A DNA stretch of 64,000 nucleotides from contig CBDASZ010000002.1 of NCBI GenBank assembly GCA_965199755.1, positions 320,001 to 384,000 of the forward strand, given 5' to 3'. Shown here piece after piece: positions 9,131 through 20,738 of the stretch. The notes below the pieces were generated by a model. That model searched no databases and was not told where the DNA came from. It worked only from the letters and a program-made list of their open reading frames with translations. Source of the stretch: an uncultured candidatus Porisulfidus sp. (GTDB lineage Bacteria > Pseudomonadota > Gammaproteobacteria > Poriferisulfidales > Poriferisulfidaceae). Both the position numbers and the translations under genes were made by a program. Position 1 is the first letter of the stretch, and the number at the start of each line of letters is the position of its first letter.

Positions 9131-11449
9131 TCAGGCGCGCGGGCGCTTGCGCGCGCCGCGCCGGCGTTTCGGTGCCTCCGCCAGCAGGCGTTCGCATTCC
9201 TCCAGACTCAGACTTTTGGGGTCGGTGTCCTTGGGCACATTGGCGTTGGTCTTGCCATCCGTGATGTAGGGACCGTAGCGGCCGTTGAGCACCTGAATCC
9301 CCGTGTCGAAGTCCTGAATGATTCGGTTCGCCTCCTTCTCGCGATGCTCCGCGATCAACTCATCAGCGCGCTCACGCGTCACGGTCATCGGATCCTCGCC
9401 CTCCGGCAGGGAGACGAACTTTTTGGCACCGTAGCGGATGTAGGGGCCGTAACGCCCGTAGTTGGTCTCAATCGTCTCGCCGTCCTCCCCGATGCCCAGC
9501 CCGCGCGGCAACTCCAACAGTTTCAAGGCGTCTTCAAGCGTCAGGGTGTCCGGGTCCTGCCCTTTGCGGAGACTGGCGAATCGGGGCTTCTCCTCATCTT
9601 CCCGATCCCCCACCTGTACGTATGGCCCATAGCGACCGATGCGCACCCGCACTGGCTTGCCGCTGTCCGGGTCTGTGCCCAGTTCACGCATTTGCTGCGC
9701 TTCTTGGCGCGAGACCGTCTCGTTCTTTTCCTGCAACTGCTGTTCAAACGGCTTCCAGAAAGAATCAACCAGAGGCACCCACTGGGTTTCGCCGCGCGCC
9801 ACTTCGTCCAGTGAGTCTTCCATCTCGGCGGTGAAGTGATAATCCACGTAATGCGTGAAATGGTCGGTCAGGAACCGGCACACCGCCTTACCGATGGTGG
9901 TCGGACGGAAGGCTTTTTGCTCCATCGTCGCATACTCGCGCTGGCGCAACGTTGACAGGATGGCGGCGTAGGTGGACGGGCGCCCAATACCGTTTTCTTC
10001 CAGCGCCTTCACCAGTGAAGCCTCGCTGTAGCGCGGCGGGGGTTCCGTGAAATGCTGCTTCGCCTGCACCTCGAGCAGTGCGGGCTTGTCGCCCTCCGCC
10101 AGTTTCGGCAGCAGGCGTTCATCCTTGTGTCCGGCGCTGTGTTTGTCGTCGCGGCCTTCAAGGTACACCTGCATGAAGCCTTTGACGCGCACATGTGATC
10201 CGGTGGCGCGCAACAGCACCTCGCCGCCACCGTCCATATCCACCGTCACCACGTCCAGAATCGCCGGAATCATCTGACTGGCCACCGTGCGCTGCCAGAT
10301 CAGTGCGTACAGTCTCTGCTGATCCTCATCCAGACGTCCCGCCGTTTGATCCGGCGTCAGCGCGGCATTGGTGGGGCGAATCGCCTCATGCGCCTCTTGC
10401 GCGTTCTTGCTGCGCGTCTTGTAGCGAATCGGCTCCTCCGGTATTTGGTCGTCCCCGTAGCGCTTGACGATCACCTCACGCAAGTTGCCAAGCGCGCTGT
10501 TCGACAGCGTCTGCGAATCCGTGCGCATGTAAGTGATCAGGCCGCCGCTCTCATCGCCCCCCAAGTCCAGCCCTTCGTACATGCGCTGCGCGATCGTCAT
10601 GGTCTTGCGCGCGGAGAATCCGAGCTTGCGCGCCGCTTCCTGCTGCAGCGTGGAAGTGGTGAATGGTGGTGTCGGTCGGCGCTTGCGCTGCTTGCGCTGC
10701 ACGGATGCCACGACCAGTCCCTCGGCGTACGCACTCACTCGATCGCGGGCCTCATGCGCTTGCTCCTGCGTCGTCAGGTCATGTTTCTTCAACTTCTTGC
10801 CGTGCAAGGCATGCAACTGGGCATCGAACTCCTGGCCGCCGCTCTCCAGCCGCGCCCGCACACTCCAGTACTCTTGCGGCTCAAACGCCTCGATTTCCGC
10901 TTCCCGCTCCACCACCATGCGCAGGGCCGGGCTTTGCACCCGTCCGGCTGACAGTTTGGGGCCGATTTTGCGCCACAGCAATGGCGACAATTTGAAACCG
11001 ACCAGATGATCAATCGCGCGGCGCGCCTGATAAGCATCGATCAGCGGCATGGACAACTCGCGCGGGTTCTCCAGCGCGTGCGTCACCGCTTCGCGCGTGA
11101 TCTCGTGAAACACAATGCGGTACACCTGCTTGTCTTGCAGTTTCTTGCGCGCTTCAAGCAAGGTGAACACCGACCAGGAGATGGCCTCGCCTTCGCGGTC
11201 CGGGTCTGAAGCCAGATACAAACGTTCGCATGAACCCAGCGCGGTGATGATCTCGCGCAAATGCTTCTCGCTGCCCTTGTTGAGTACGTACTCCGGCATG
11301 TAATCCTTCTCTATATCGATCGCGCCATCTTTCGGCTTCAGATCCTGCAGATGACCGTAGGACGCCAGTACCTTGAATCCCGGACCCAAATACTTTTCAA
11401 TCGTCCGGGCTTTCGCCGGCGATTCCACAATAACTAGACTGTTTGACAT
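9131..11449 (-). CDS. topA: DNA topoisomerase I with non-Zn C-terminal repeats
   Basis: LVIVESPAKA, ASDPDREGEAI, SAGRVQS, LITYMRTDS, GIGRPSTYA; three GRYGPY repeats. Confidence 0.97.
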   Translation of the reverse strand: MSNSLVIVESPAKARTIEKYLGPGFKVLASYGHLQDLKPKDGAIDIEKDYMPEYVLNKGSEKHLREIITALGSCERLYLASDPDREGEAISWSVFTLLEARKKLQDKQVYRIVFHEITREAVTHALENPRELSMPLIDAYQARRAIDHLVGFKLSPLLWRKIGPKLSAGRVQSPALRMVVEREAEIEAFEPQEYWSVRARLESGGQEFDAQLHALHGKKLKKHDLTTQEQAHEARDRVSAYAEGLVVASVQRKQRKRRPTPPFTTSTLQQEAARKLGFSARKTMTIAQRMYEGLDLGGDESGGLITYMRTDSQTLSNSALGNLREVIVKRYGDDQIPEEPIRYKTRSKNAQEAHEAIRPTNAALTPDQTAGRLDEDQQRLYALIWQRTVASQMIPAILDVVTVDMDGGGEVLLRATGSHVRVKGFMQVYLEGRDDKHSAGHKDERLLPKLAEGDKPALLEVQAKQHFTEPPPRYSEASLVKALEENGIGRPSTYAAILSTLRQREYATMEQKAFRPTTIGKAVCRFLTDHFTHYVDYHFTAEMEDSLDEVARGETQWVPLVDSFWKPFEQQLQEKNETVSRQEAQQMRELGTDPDSGKPVRVRIGRYGPYVQVGDREDEEKPRFASLRKGQDPDTLTLEDALKLLELPRGLGIGEDGETIETNYGRYGPYIRYGAKKFVSLPEGEDPMTVTRERADELIAEHREKEANRIIQDFDTGIQVLNGRYGPYITDGKTNANVPKDTDPKSLSLEECERLLAEAPKRRRGARKRPRA

Positions 11450-11546
11450 GACGGTGTCAGAGCGAGCAAAAATTGCGTGAGTGAGAAAGTCAGTCACGTG
11501 TCTTTTTTAAGATTATCACATTAGCGAGGGCGCAAAGCTCTGGATC

Positions 11547-12248
11547 TCAGGAGGCCGCGCACCACGCCATCGGACCACGCACCTCATCCCCCGCGTCCGG
11601 TGTGACACCTGAGTCAAGCAGCAGCGCGTAACTGTAGTCCAGCAAGGAGAACACCACCACAGCGCGTCTCCAGCTGGCAGTCTCCGTGCGGCTGGCGCTC
11701 GGCACCAGCAACAATGCGGTGCCCTGTTTGACATGCTGCCGCTTTCCCTGACTGACACGCATGATTTGATCTTTCGCTTCCGTCTCCCAGACTTCCAACA
11801 CTTCACCGCGAACGGATTGCTCCGGCTCATGCACGGACAATACGCCGGGATCCATGTCAATGCGTTGCACCGGATGCACGTCGGGACGCGGCACAAAAAC
11901 AAAAGGCTCCCGGGTATCCGGTTGGTATTGCGTCAGCTCTTGCGCGTGCGGAAAACTGCCGTCTGCGCGCCGTGCGCGCTGCACCCAACTGCGCCCATTG
12001 ATGCGAACCCGCACCAGCAAGTCGCCCGGCGCGATCTGACTGTCCGCCGCCGGGTGTGGGCACCAGACCTGATCCCAGTGATGCGCCTGTCGCACGAAGC
12101 GCGACACCACGTAATCCGTGGGATCACTTTGGCGCACCAGATACACATGGGGGGCGTCTTCGCGCAACCATTGTGCGGCCAAATCGGCAGCTGAAGCCAG
12201 CCCCAGATTGCAGCTGCACAGGACAACAATGAGGCCGCGACGATACAT
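11547..12248 (-). CDS. Degenerate LysM/TsaP-like exported protein
   Basis: Signal peptide then LREDAPHVYLVRQSD...RFVRQAHHWDQVW...IAPGD.L, resembling the LysM protein normally found upstream of dprA-smg-topA. Confidence 0.55.
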   Translation of the reverse strand: MYRRGLIVVLCSCNLGLASAADLAAQWLREDAPHVYLVRQSDPTDYVVSRFVRQAHHWDQVWCPHPAADSQIAPGDLLVRVRINGRSWVQRARRADGSFPHAQELTQYQPDTREPFVFVPRPDVHPVQRIDMDPGVLSVHEPEQSVRGEVLEVWETEAKDQIMRVSQGKRQHVKQGTALLLVPSASRTETASWRRAVVVFSLLDYSYALLLDSGVTPDAGDEVRGPMAWCAAS

Positions 12249-12368
12249 GGCGCGCATTGTACGGAAATGCGCCCAGCGCTTTATGCGACACTTTGGGTGC
12301 GCACAGAAATTGGAAGAAAACCCGCCAGTTCAGTACACTAGGCGCGCAAAACGCTCTGCCCCACCCTT

Positions 12369-14105
12369 GTGAAAGAACTCCTGCATACACACCTGCTGCA
12401 TGCTTGGCAACAGTTGTGTGCCGAGGGCTTGCTCGGCGACGCAGTCGCCGATCGCATTGAAGTGAGCACGCCGCGCGACGCGCAGCACGGCGACTACGCC
12501 TCCAATCTGGCTCTGGTGCTGGCGCACGACGCGGAGGTGGCTCCGCGCGAACTGGCCGAAAAGATTCGCGATGCCCTGCCGCCGTGTGAGGACATCGCCG
12601 CCATTGAGATTGCCGGACCGGGGTTCATTAACTTCTATCTGCATGATCGCGCCAAGGGCGCGGTGGTGGATCGCATCCTGAAAGAAGCCGAGCGTTACGG
12701 GCGTGCTGAAGCTGACAGCCGTGGGCACATCCTGATCGAATACGTCTCCGCCAACCCGACCGGCCCGCTGCACATCGGACACGGGCGCGGCGCGGCGCTG
12801 GGGTCGTGTCTGGCACACCTGCTCAAGGCGGCGGGCTACACGGTCAGCTGTGAGTATTTCATCAACGACGCCGGACGGCAAATGGACATTCTGGCGCTAT
12901 CCGTATGGCTGCGCTATCTGGAATTGTGCGGCGAGGAGTTCTCCTTCCCGCCCACCGCGTATCAGGGCGACTACATTCTGGACATCGCCGCCGATGTGCA
13001 CCGCGAAGATGGCGATCGCTGGCGCAAGGACGCCGCACTGCTGCCTCCCGTGCCGGCAGAAGCAGACGCGCAGGACGATTATCTGGACAGCCTGATTCAG
13101 CAAGCGCGCGACGATCTGGGCGAGGAAGCTTGGGAGCGCATTCGCACGGCGGCCTGCGACACCTTGCTTGAGCGAATCCGGCACGATCTGGAATCCTTTG
13201 GCGCGAGTTTTGATTCCTGGCGCTCAGAACGGGAGTTGCAGCAAAGCGGTCAGGTGGATGCTGTGCTTGAGCAATTGCAGCAGGCCGGCCACACCTACGA
13301 GCAAGACGGCGCTATCTGGTTTCGCTCCAGCGACTTCGGTGATGAGAAAGATCGCGTGATTCGCCGCGCCAATGGCCAGTGGACTTATTTCGCCACGGAT
13401 CTGGCTTATCACGCGGAGAAGTTCTCACGCGGTTTTGCGCAGGCACTCAATCTGTGGGGTGCAGATCATCATGGTTATGCGGCTCGGCTCCATGGCGCTA
13501 TTGACGCCTTGGGCGAGGATCGCGAGCGCTTGGAGATCCGACTCATACAGTTCGCCTCGCTGCACCGCGGAGGCAAGAAATTGCCGATGTCAACCCGTGG
13601 CGGCAGGTTCGTCACACTGCAAACCTTGCAGCAGGAAATCGGCACGGATGCGGCGCGGTTTTTCTACATGATGCGTGGCTCCGCCCAGCATCTGGACTTC
13701 GATCTGGAACTGGCGACCCGTCAGAGTGCAGACAACCCGGTCTATTACGTGCAGTACGCGCATGCGCGCATCTGTCGGGTACTGGAACGCGTGGCAGCGC
13801 AAGCGAGTGAGGAGACCGCGTGCGACTTGTCGGTGCTGCGTGAAGACGGCGAGCAACGCCTGCAAAAACAACTGGCCCAATACCCCGACATCGTGCAGCA
13901 TGCGGCGCAGGAACGCGAACCGCACCACCTGACGCATTACTTGCGTGATCTGGCAGGAAGTTTCCATGCCTATTACAATGCCACCACTGTACTGGTCGAT
14001 GATTCCGGGTTGCGACAGGCGCGGCTGCGGCTGATACGCGCGGTCCGCCATGTCTTGAGAAACGGGCTGGAATTGCTTGGCATAAACGCACCGGAGAGTA
14101 TGTGA
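12369..14105 (+). CDS. argS: Arginine--tRNA ligase
   Basis: HGDYASN, EYVSANPTGPLHIGHGR (HIGH), WGADHHGY, MSTR.G, NPVYYVQYAHARI. Confidence 0.97.
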   Translation: MKELLHTHLLHAWQQLCAEGLLGDAVADRIEVSTPRDAQHGDYASNLALVLAHDAEVAPRELAEKIRDALPPCEDIAAIEIAGPGFINFYLHDRAKGAVVDRILKEAERYGRAEADSRGHILIEYVSANPTGPLHIGHGRGAALGSCLAHLLKAAGYTVSCEYFINDAGRQMDILALSVWLRYLELCGEEFSFPPTAYQGDYILDIAADVHREDGDRWRKDAALLPPVPAEADAQDDYLDSLIQQARDDLGEEAWERIRTAACDTLLERIRHDLESFGASFDSWRSERELQQSGQVDAVLEQLQQAGHTYEQDGAIWFRSSDFGDEKDRVIRRANGQWTYFATDLAYHAEKFSRGFAQALNLWGADHHGYAARLHGAIDALGEDRERLEIRLIQFASLHRGGKKLPMSTRGGRFVTLQTLQQEIGTDAARFFYMMRGSAQHLDFDLELATRQSADNPVYYVQYAHARICRVLERVAAQASEETACDLSVLREDGEQRLQKQLAQYPDIVQHAAQEREPHHLTHYLRDLAGSFHAYYNATTVLVDDSGLRQARLRLIRAVRHVLRNGLELLGINAPESM

Positions 14106-14665
14106 TGGCTGTCGCAAAACGCAAACGTTCCGCTCGCAGCGGGAAACGCCGCGCGCCGATGTCGCCGTGGATGCTGCTCGGCGGTGGGCTGATCGCCGGT
14201 ATCGCCAGCACCCTGTTGTACGACGGCGTCAAAAACATGAAGTGGAGCTCGCCGCTGGATCGCTTCGCGATCGAAAAGGAATCGGTGGACGACTTGCCGG
14301 CGCTGAACTTTGAGTTCTACACGCTGTTGCCGGATCAGGAGTACGTGGTCACCACCCCAAAAGAAACGCCTCCTCCACAGCAACCCGCCAAACCTCAGGA
14401 AAAGCAACCCAGCATGGCACCGTCGAAGACCGGTGCTTACTATTTGCAGGTCGGCTCTTTTCGCGAACGCAAAACGGCCGATTCAATGAGAGCCAAAGTC
14501 ACGCTGCTGGGAACGAGCGGCTCAATCCAGCAGGTCCGGCACAACCAGAACACCTGGTATCGGGTGCGGGTCGGGCCGTATGAGCAGATCGAGCAGGTCA
14601 GCGCGGTGCAAGCCCAACTGAAGCAACACCAGATCAATTCGCTGTTGGTGCGGGCGAAGCCTTAA
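14105..14665 (+). CDS. SPOR-domain cell division protein (FtsN-like)
   Basis: Basic N-terminus plus one TM helix, FEFYTLLP, YYLQVGSF, WYRVRVGPY; follows argS. Confidence 0.88.
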   Translation: MAVAKRKRSARSGKRRAPMSPWMLLGGGLIAGIASTLLYDGVKNMKWSSPLDRFAIEKESVDDLPALNFEFYTLLPDQEYVVTTPKETPPPQQPAKPQEKQPSMAPSKTGAYYLQVGSFRERKTADSMRAKVTLLGTSGSIQQVRHNQNTWYRVRVGPYEQIEQVSAVQAQLKQHQINSLLVRAKP

Positions 14666-14875
14666 TCAGGCGAAGCGGATCTCTCCCTCCTCCTCCACAC
14701 TGAGCGGTTCAGACGGCGCAGAATCGCCATAATCAGTCAAGTCTTCCAGCGTGCAGCGCAAGCGCAGGGCCGGACCGTCCGGGTGTGTGGCCAGATGCTG
14801 GATGATGGCCTCGTCGGCGCGAATGCCGAAACGCTTTAGCAAGGCGCGAATGTCCATTCGGGTGTCGTCACTCAT
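14666..14875 (-). CDS. Small hypothetical protein (69 aa)
   Basis: Fills the gap between the SPOR gene and fur; GGAG 5' of the start region; protein-like composition. Confidence 0.65.
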   Translation of the reverse strand: MSDDTRMDIRALLKRFGIRADEAIIQHLATHPDGPALRLRCTLEDLTDYGDSAPSEPLSVEEEGEIRFA

Positions 14876-14968
14876 CGTCAAATCTCCAAAGTGAAAAGGG
14901 GTTGTTTAGTATTGTGCCATTCGGCCATTATGGTAGAGTATGGAATCTGATTGATTGCCCCTAATGCG

Positions 14969-15400
14969 ATGCCTGCCGACGACGGCCTGCGAAAAGCCGG
15001 ACTAAGAAGCACCGTACCCCGACTGAAGATTATTTCGGTGCTGGAAAACAGCGAGGTCCGGCATATGTCCGCTGAGGACATCTACCGACACTTGCTGAAC
15101 ATGAATGAGGAAATCGGCATCGCCACCGTGTACCGCGTGCTAACCCAGTTCGAGCAAGCCGGACTGGTGATTCGGCACAATTTTGATTCCGATCACGCGG
15201 TTTATGAACTCAACGATGAATCCCCGCACGAGCATTTAATCTGCACGGTATGCGGCGCGGTCATCGAATTTGAGAACCCGTCTCTGGTGAAGCAGCTCAA
15301 TGAAATCGCCCAGCAGCACACGTTTCAGCTGGAGAGCCATTCACTGCACTTGTACGGCCGTTGCAAGGACGGCAACTGTGAAGCCAGTCTGAAGGATTAA
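14969..15400 (+). CDS. fur: Ferric uptake regulator
   Basis: LRKAGL..T.PRL.I, HMSAEDIY, IGIATVYRVLTQFEQAG, H.HLIC..CG.VIEF, HSL.LYG.C. Confidence 0.93.
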   Translation: MPADDGLRKAGLRSTVPRLKIISVLENSEVRHMSAEDIYRHLLNMNEEIGIATVYRVLTQFEQAGLVIRHNFDSDHAVYELNDESPHEHLICTVCGAVIEFENPSLVKQLNEIAQQHTFQLESHSLHLYGRCKDGNCEASLKD

Positions 15401-15413
15401 GACAGCCGCGCTG

Positions 15414-17711
15414 CTACCACTCCCAGCGAATTCGCGCGTACACATTACGGCCCGGACCCGGCAGGCGCTCACCGACAGGAATATCACTATCCAAGACCCG
15501 GTTGAAGCCGTTCATATGATCCACATACGAACGATCTGTGAGATTTTCCACCCCGGCCGACAGCGTCAAACCCATGCTCGGATGCGTGTATTTTGCACGC
15601 AGGTTATACAGTGCGTAACCCGAAGTCGGCCGATTATGATTCAGGCCGCTCAAGGGATCATCCAGCATCAACTGCGATAGTTTCGACTGACGCGCCGCCC
15701 AATCCACTTCCAGCACCACCACCCAGTCTTCCAGCGCGCGAGAGAGTGACAGCAGTCCACGCAACGGCGGCATGCGGTAGATATTGTCGTCCTTGATCAT
15801 CCGTGTGCTGCCATCCGCCCGCCGGTGGCTGCGGAAACTGTCGCGCAACTTCCCTCGCACATAACTGACTGTGCCATCCACCTGCCAGTGTTCCGCAATC
15901 GGCACATGAAAGATGGCGTCCGCGCCATAAAACTCGGCATCCACATTCGCGAAGATCACCGGGGTCGGATCGCCATTAAGTACACTGCTGACCCGAGTGA
16001 CATGCACATCATCCGTCGGCACACCGGTGATGTAATCATCCACACGCCGGGCGAACACCCGCGGCGAGAATCCCCAGCCCTGCTGCTGCCAGTTCAGGCC
16101 CAGTTCCACCTGCACCGAGTCCTCCGGGTCCAGATTCACAGCGCCGACATAGTTGTTGCCGTCAGCGCGACCGGAATTGGATTCAAGCGGAACCCAAAGA
16201 TACCGCTCCATATAAGCCGGCGCACGGGTCTTGCGCGCCACGCCAAACTCCAGCTGCACCGACTCGCTCCAGTCATAGTGCAATACTGCAGTAGCATCCA
16301 CTTCGGTATCCTCGTGACTGCGGTCGGCTCGGTTGAAGCGTCCGCTCAACTGGCCGACGGACATGGCCGGAGGCGGCATCCAGTCAGCCATTGTCAGCGT
16401 CGGATCGTCACACCCACGCATCGCCAACGATCCATCAGGCCCATACATCGGGTGCATTGAGTTTGCGTTGACATTCAGTAGCAACTGGCAGGTCGGACGA
16501 AAATGCGACACCGGCGCGGCGTCCGCCTCGGTGTACTGCACGCGCAATCCAAACTCACCGTGCCAGGCATTGCCGAGCGCGCCGCTCCATTCCGCAAAGA
16601 CGCCATATTCATCCGTCTCTGCGTCTTTGAAGTTCTCGACGAAAAACGCCCCCACATCCGGGTCATAGATAGTCGCGCTGTTCTCGTTTTGCCGGAAATC
16701 CACACCGACACGCAAGTCGCCCTCTCCCCATGCGCGTTCTGCGATTAACTTGCCGCCAGTCGACTCTCCCCAAACATCAACCTGACGCTGATCGGTGCCG
16801 CGAAATGGTGGCAGAATATTGGCCTGACTGAAATCCGGTGCCGGGCGCATATGATAGTTGGACATATCGTGCACGGTGTCCTGATAGTGCAATTGCGCGT
16901 CAATCTGCCATTCGCCCAGCTCATGCTTTAGTCGGAAATTCACCAGATCCGTGTGGTAGTAGGCGATGTCCATTGGCAAGGCCGGCGTGCCGGTGTCGCC
17001 GGTGTTGTTGCGTGCGATGTCCAGTGAAAATTCGCCGCCCTGCCATTGACGACCACCGCCGATACCAAAGAAGTCCCGCGCAAACTTCGATGTCGCAATG
17101 TTCGCCTGCGCGCTCTTGGTCTCGCCCGCCTCGTCGTGAACGCCGTAGACATGAATGCGGGTGGCGTCATTCGCGCCAGACAGAAAGACGCTGTAGGTAT
17201 TGGCGCTGTTGGCGGATTGATTGTCCGCCGTCATGCGTCCGCTAAACTCGAACTCCTCGCCCAGCCCGAAGTGGCTGGTATGCGAGACCGCATCAATATA
17301 GCCGCCGATCGCAGAACCGGCCCGCACTGGCGCGATCCCGCGATGCACCTTCACCGATTCAATCAGGGAACTCGGCATGTAATGCAGCGGGCTGTCCATC
17401 CATACCGGCCCCGCGGTGTGCGGCTGGCGACCATCCAGATGCGTTTGCACGCGATAGGTGTGCAAACCCCGATAATGCGGAATGCTGGTTAAAGGCCCGT
17501 TACGGCTGACCGCGCCGCCAGGGGCCAGACGAATCAGGTTGGGCGTGTCGGTCGGAACGCCGGCGTGCTGAAACACCGTCTCCACCCCATACACGGTGAT
17601 GACTTCCTGTGCCTTGGCCGCACCCATCGCGCCCAGAAACAAGACCATCGGCATCAGCACCGAGAAAGACATGCTGCACAGATACATGCACAGGCTGCCG
17701 CAATGAAACAT
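15414..17711 (-). CDS. TonB-dependent receptor, OprC/NosA (copper)-like
   Basis: Signal peptide, plug GP.WMD.PLHY, H.M.NY motif, NLTDRSYVDH, PG.GRN..ARI.W.W C-terminus. Confidence 0.85.
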   Translation of the reverse strand: MFHCGSLCMYLCSMSFSVLMPMVLFLGAMGAAKAQEVITVYGVETVFQHAGVPTDTPNLIRLAPGGAVSRNGPLTSIPHYRGLHTYRVQTHLDGRQPHTAGPVWMDSPLHYMPSSLIESVKVHRGIAPVRAGSAIGGYIDAVSHTSHFGLGEEFEFSGRMTADNQSANSANTYSVFLSGANDATRIHVYGVHDEAGETKSAQANIATSKFARDFFGIGGGRQWQGGEFSLDIARNNTGDTGTPALPMDIAYYHTDLVNFRLKHELGEWQIDAQLHYQDTVHDMSNYHMRPAPDFSQANILPPFRGTDQRQVDVWGESTGGKLIAERAWGEGDLRVGVDFRQNENSATIYDPDVGAFFVENFKDAETDEYGVFAEWSGALGNAWHGEFGLRVQYTEADAAPVSHFRPTCQLLLNVNANSMHPMYGPDGSLAMRGCDDPTLTMADWMPPPAMSVGQLSGRFNRADRSHEDTEVDATAVLHYDWSESVQLEFGVARKTRAPAYMERYLWVPLESNSGRADGNNYVGAVNLDPEDSVQVELGLNWQQQGWGFSPRVFARRVDDYITGVPTDDVHVTRVSSVLNGDPTPVIFANVDAEFYGADAIFHVPIAEHWQVDGTVSYVRGKLRDSFRSHRRADGSTRMIKDDNIYRMPPLRGLLSLSRALEDWVVVLEVDWAARQSKLSQLMLDDPLSGLNHNRPTSGYALYNLRAKYTHPSMGLTLSAGVENLTDRSYVDHMNGFNRVLDSDIPVGERLPGPGRNVYARIRWEW

Positions 17712-17818
17712 ATGTAACCTTCAGAATGTTCAGAGGAACAATAAGCGGCGCATTTTAACCGCATTGCTACTGCGATCTGCCGCAAGCCCAAATAACAAGC
17801 ACGTACGTCCGCACGGTA

Positions 17819-19722
<1,904 letters not shown>

Positions 19723-19758
19723 CGGCTTCCACAGACGCAAGCCACAGGTGCGGTGCTT

Positions 19759-20388
19759 ATGACTCTTGGACTCGCCCGCCACAACATGGTACAGCGGCAA
19801 CTGCGCGAGAGTTCCGTACTGGACCCGCGTACGCTGGACGTTATCGCCGCAGTGCCGCGCGAGGGCTTTATTCCCGCCTCCCATCAGGCGCTGGCCTACG
19901 CCGACATTCCCACGCCGCTGCCGTGCAGCCAGCACACCATGACCCCGCGTGAAGAAGGTCTGGTACTGCAGGCGCTGGATTTGCAAGCGCATGAGCATGT
20001 GCTGGAGATAGGCACCGGTTGCGGATTTCTGAGCGCCTGCATGAGCCGCATGGCCACACAGGTCGACAGCCTTGAAGTGCATGCGGAACTGGCCGCATCC
20101 GCGACTGCGGCCCTAAACACCTTCGGTTGCGACAACGTCTCGGTCCATGCCGAGAATGTCTGGCGTCATCAAACCGGTACGCGCTACGATGCGCTAGTGT
20201 TCACCGCCTCCCTGCCGCGATACACCACGCGCTTTGAGCGCTGGCTGAAACCGGGGGGACGCCTGTTCGTGGTGATCGGAAATGCCCCGGTGATGACCGC
20301 GCAACTGCGCCTGCCTGACGCCGCGCCCGACGCACAAGTCCGGCCCTTGTTCGAACTGGATCTCGCACCCCTGCTGGGTCTGCCTTAA
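19759..20388 (+). CDS. pcm: Protein-L-isoaspartate O-methyltransferase family protein
   Basis: AR.NMV..QLR, VPRE.F, AYAD, VLEIGTG.G, LKPGGRL; usual neighbour of thiC and rhodanese. Confidence 0.85.
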   Translation: MTLGLARHNMVQRQLRESSVLDPRTLDVIAAVPREGFIPASHQALAYADIPTPLPCSQHTMTPREEGLVLQALDLQAHEHVLEIGTGCGFLSACMSRMATQVDSLEVHAELAASATAALNTFGCDNVSVHAENVWRHQTGTRYDALVFTASLPRYTTRFERWLKPGGRLFVVIGNAPVMTAQLRLPDAAPDAQVRPLFELDLAPLLGLP

Positions 20389-20400
20389 ACAACGCTGACA

Positions 20401-20724
20401 ATGCGCGACATTAGCGCTCAGGAACTCAAGCAGCTGCTTGATTCGGACACGGAAGCACTCGTGCTGCTGGACGTGCGCGAAGCGTGGGAGATCGAACGCG
20501 CCCAACTGCCGCACAGCCACTTCATTCCGATGCGCGACCTGCCGCAGCGCCTGTCGGAACTCGACCCCGACCACACCACGGTAGTAGTGTGTCACCACGG
20601 CATCCGCAGCCGCGCGGCCGCCCAATACATGGAGCAGCAGTTCCAGTTCTCTGACGTACTCAACCTTAGCGGCGGCATCGATGCCTGGTCGCGCGACGTC
20701 GACCCTAATCTACCTACCTACTGA
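20401..20724 (+). CDS. Rhodanese-like sulfurtransferase
   Basis: LLDVRE.WE, CHHGIRS active loop, NL.GGIDAW. Confidence 0.92.
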   Translation: MRDISAQELKQLLDSDTEALVLLDVREAWEIERAQLPHSHFIPMRDLPQRLSELDPDHTTVVVCHHGIRSRAAAQYMEQQFQFSDVLNLSGGIDAWSRDVDPNLPTY

Positions 20725-20738
20725 ACCCGGTCTCTTCC

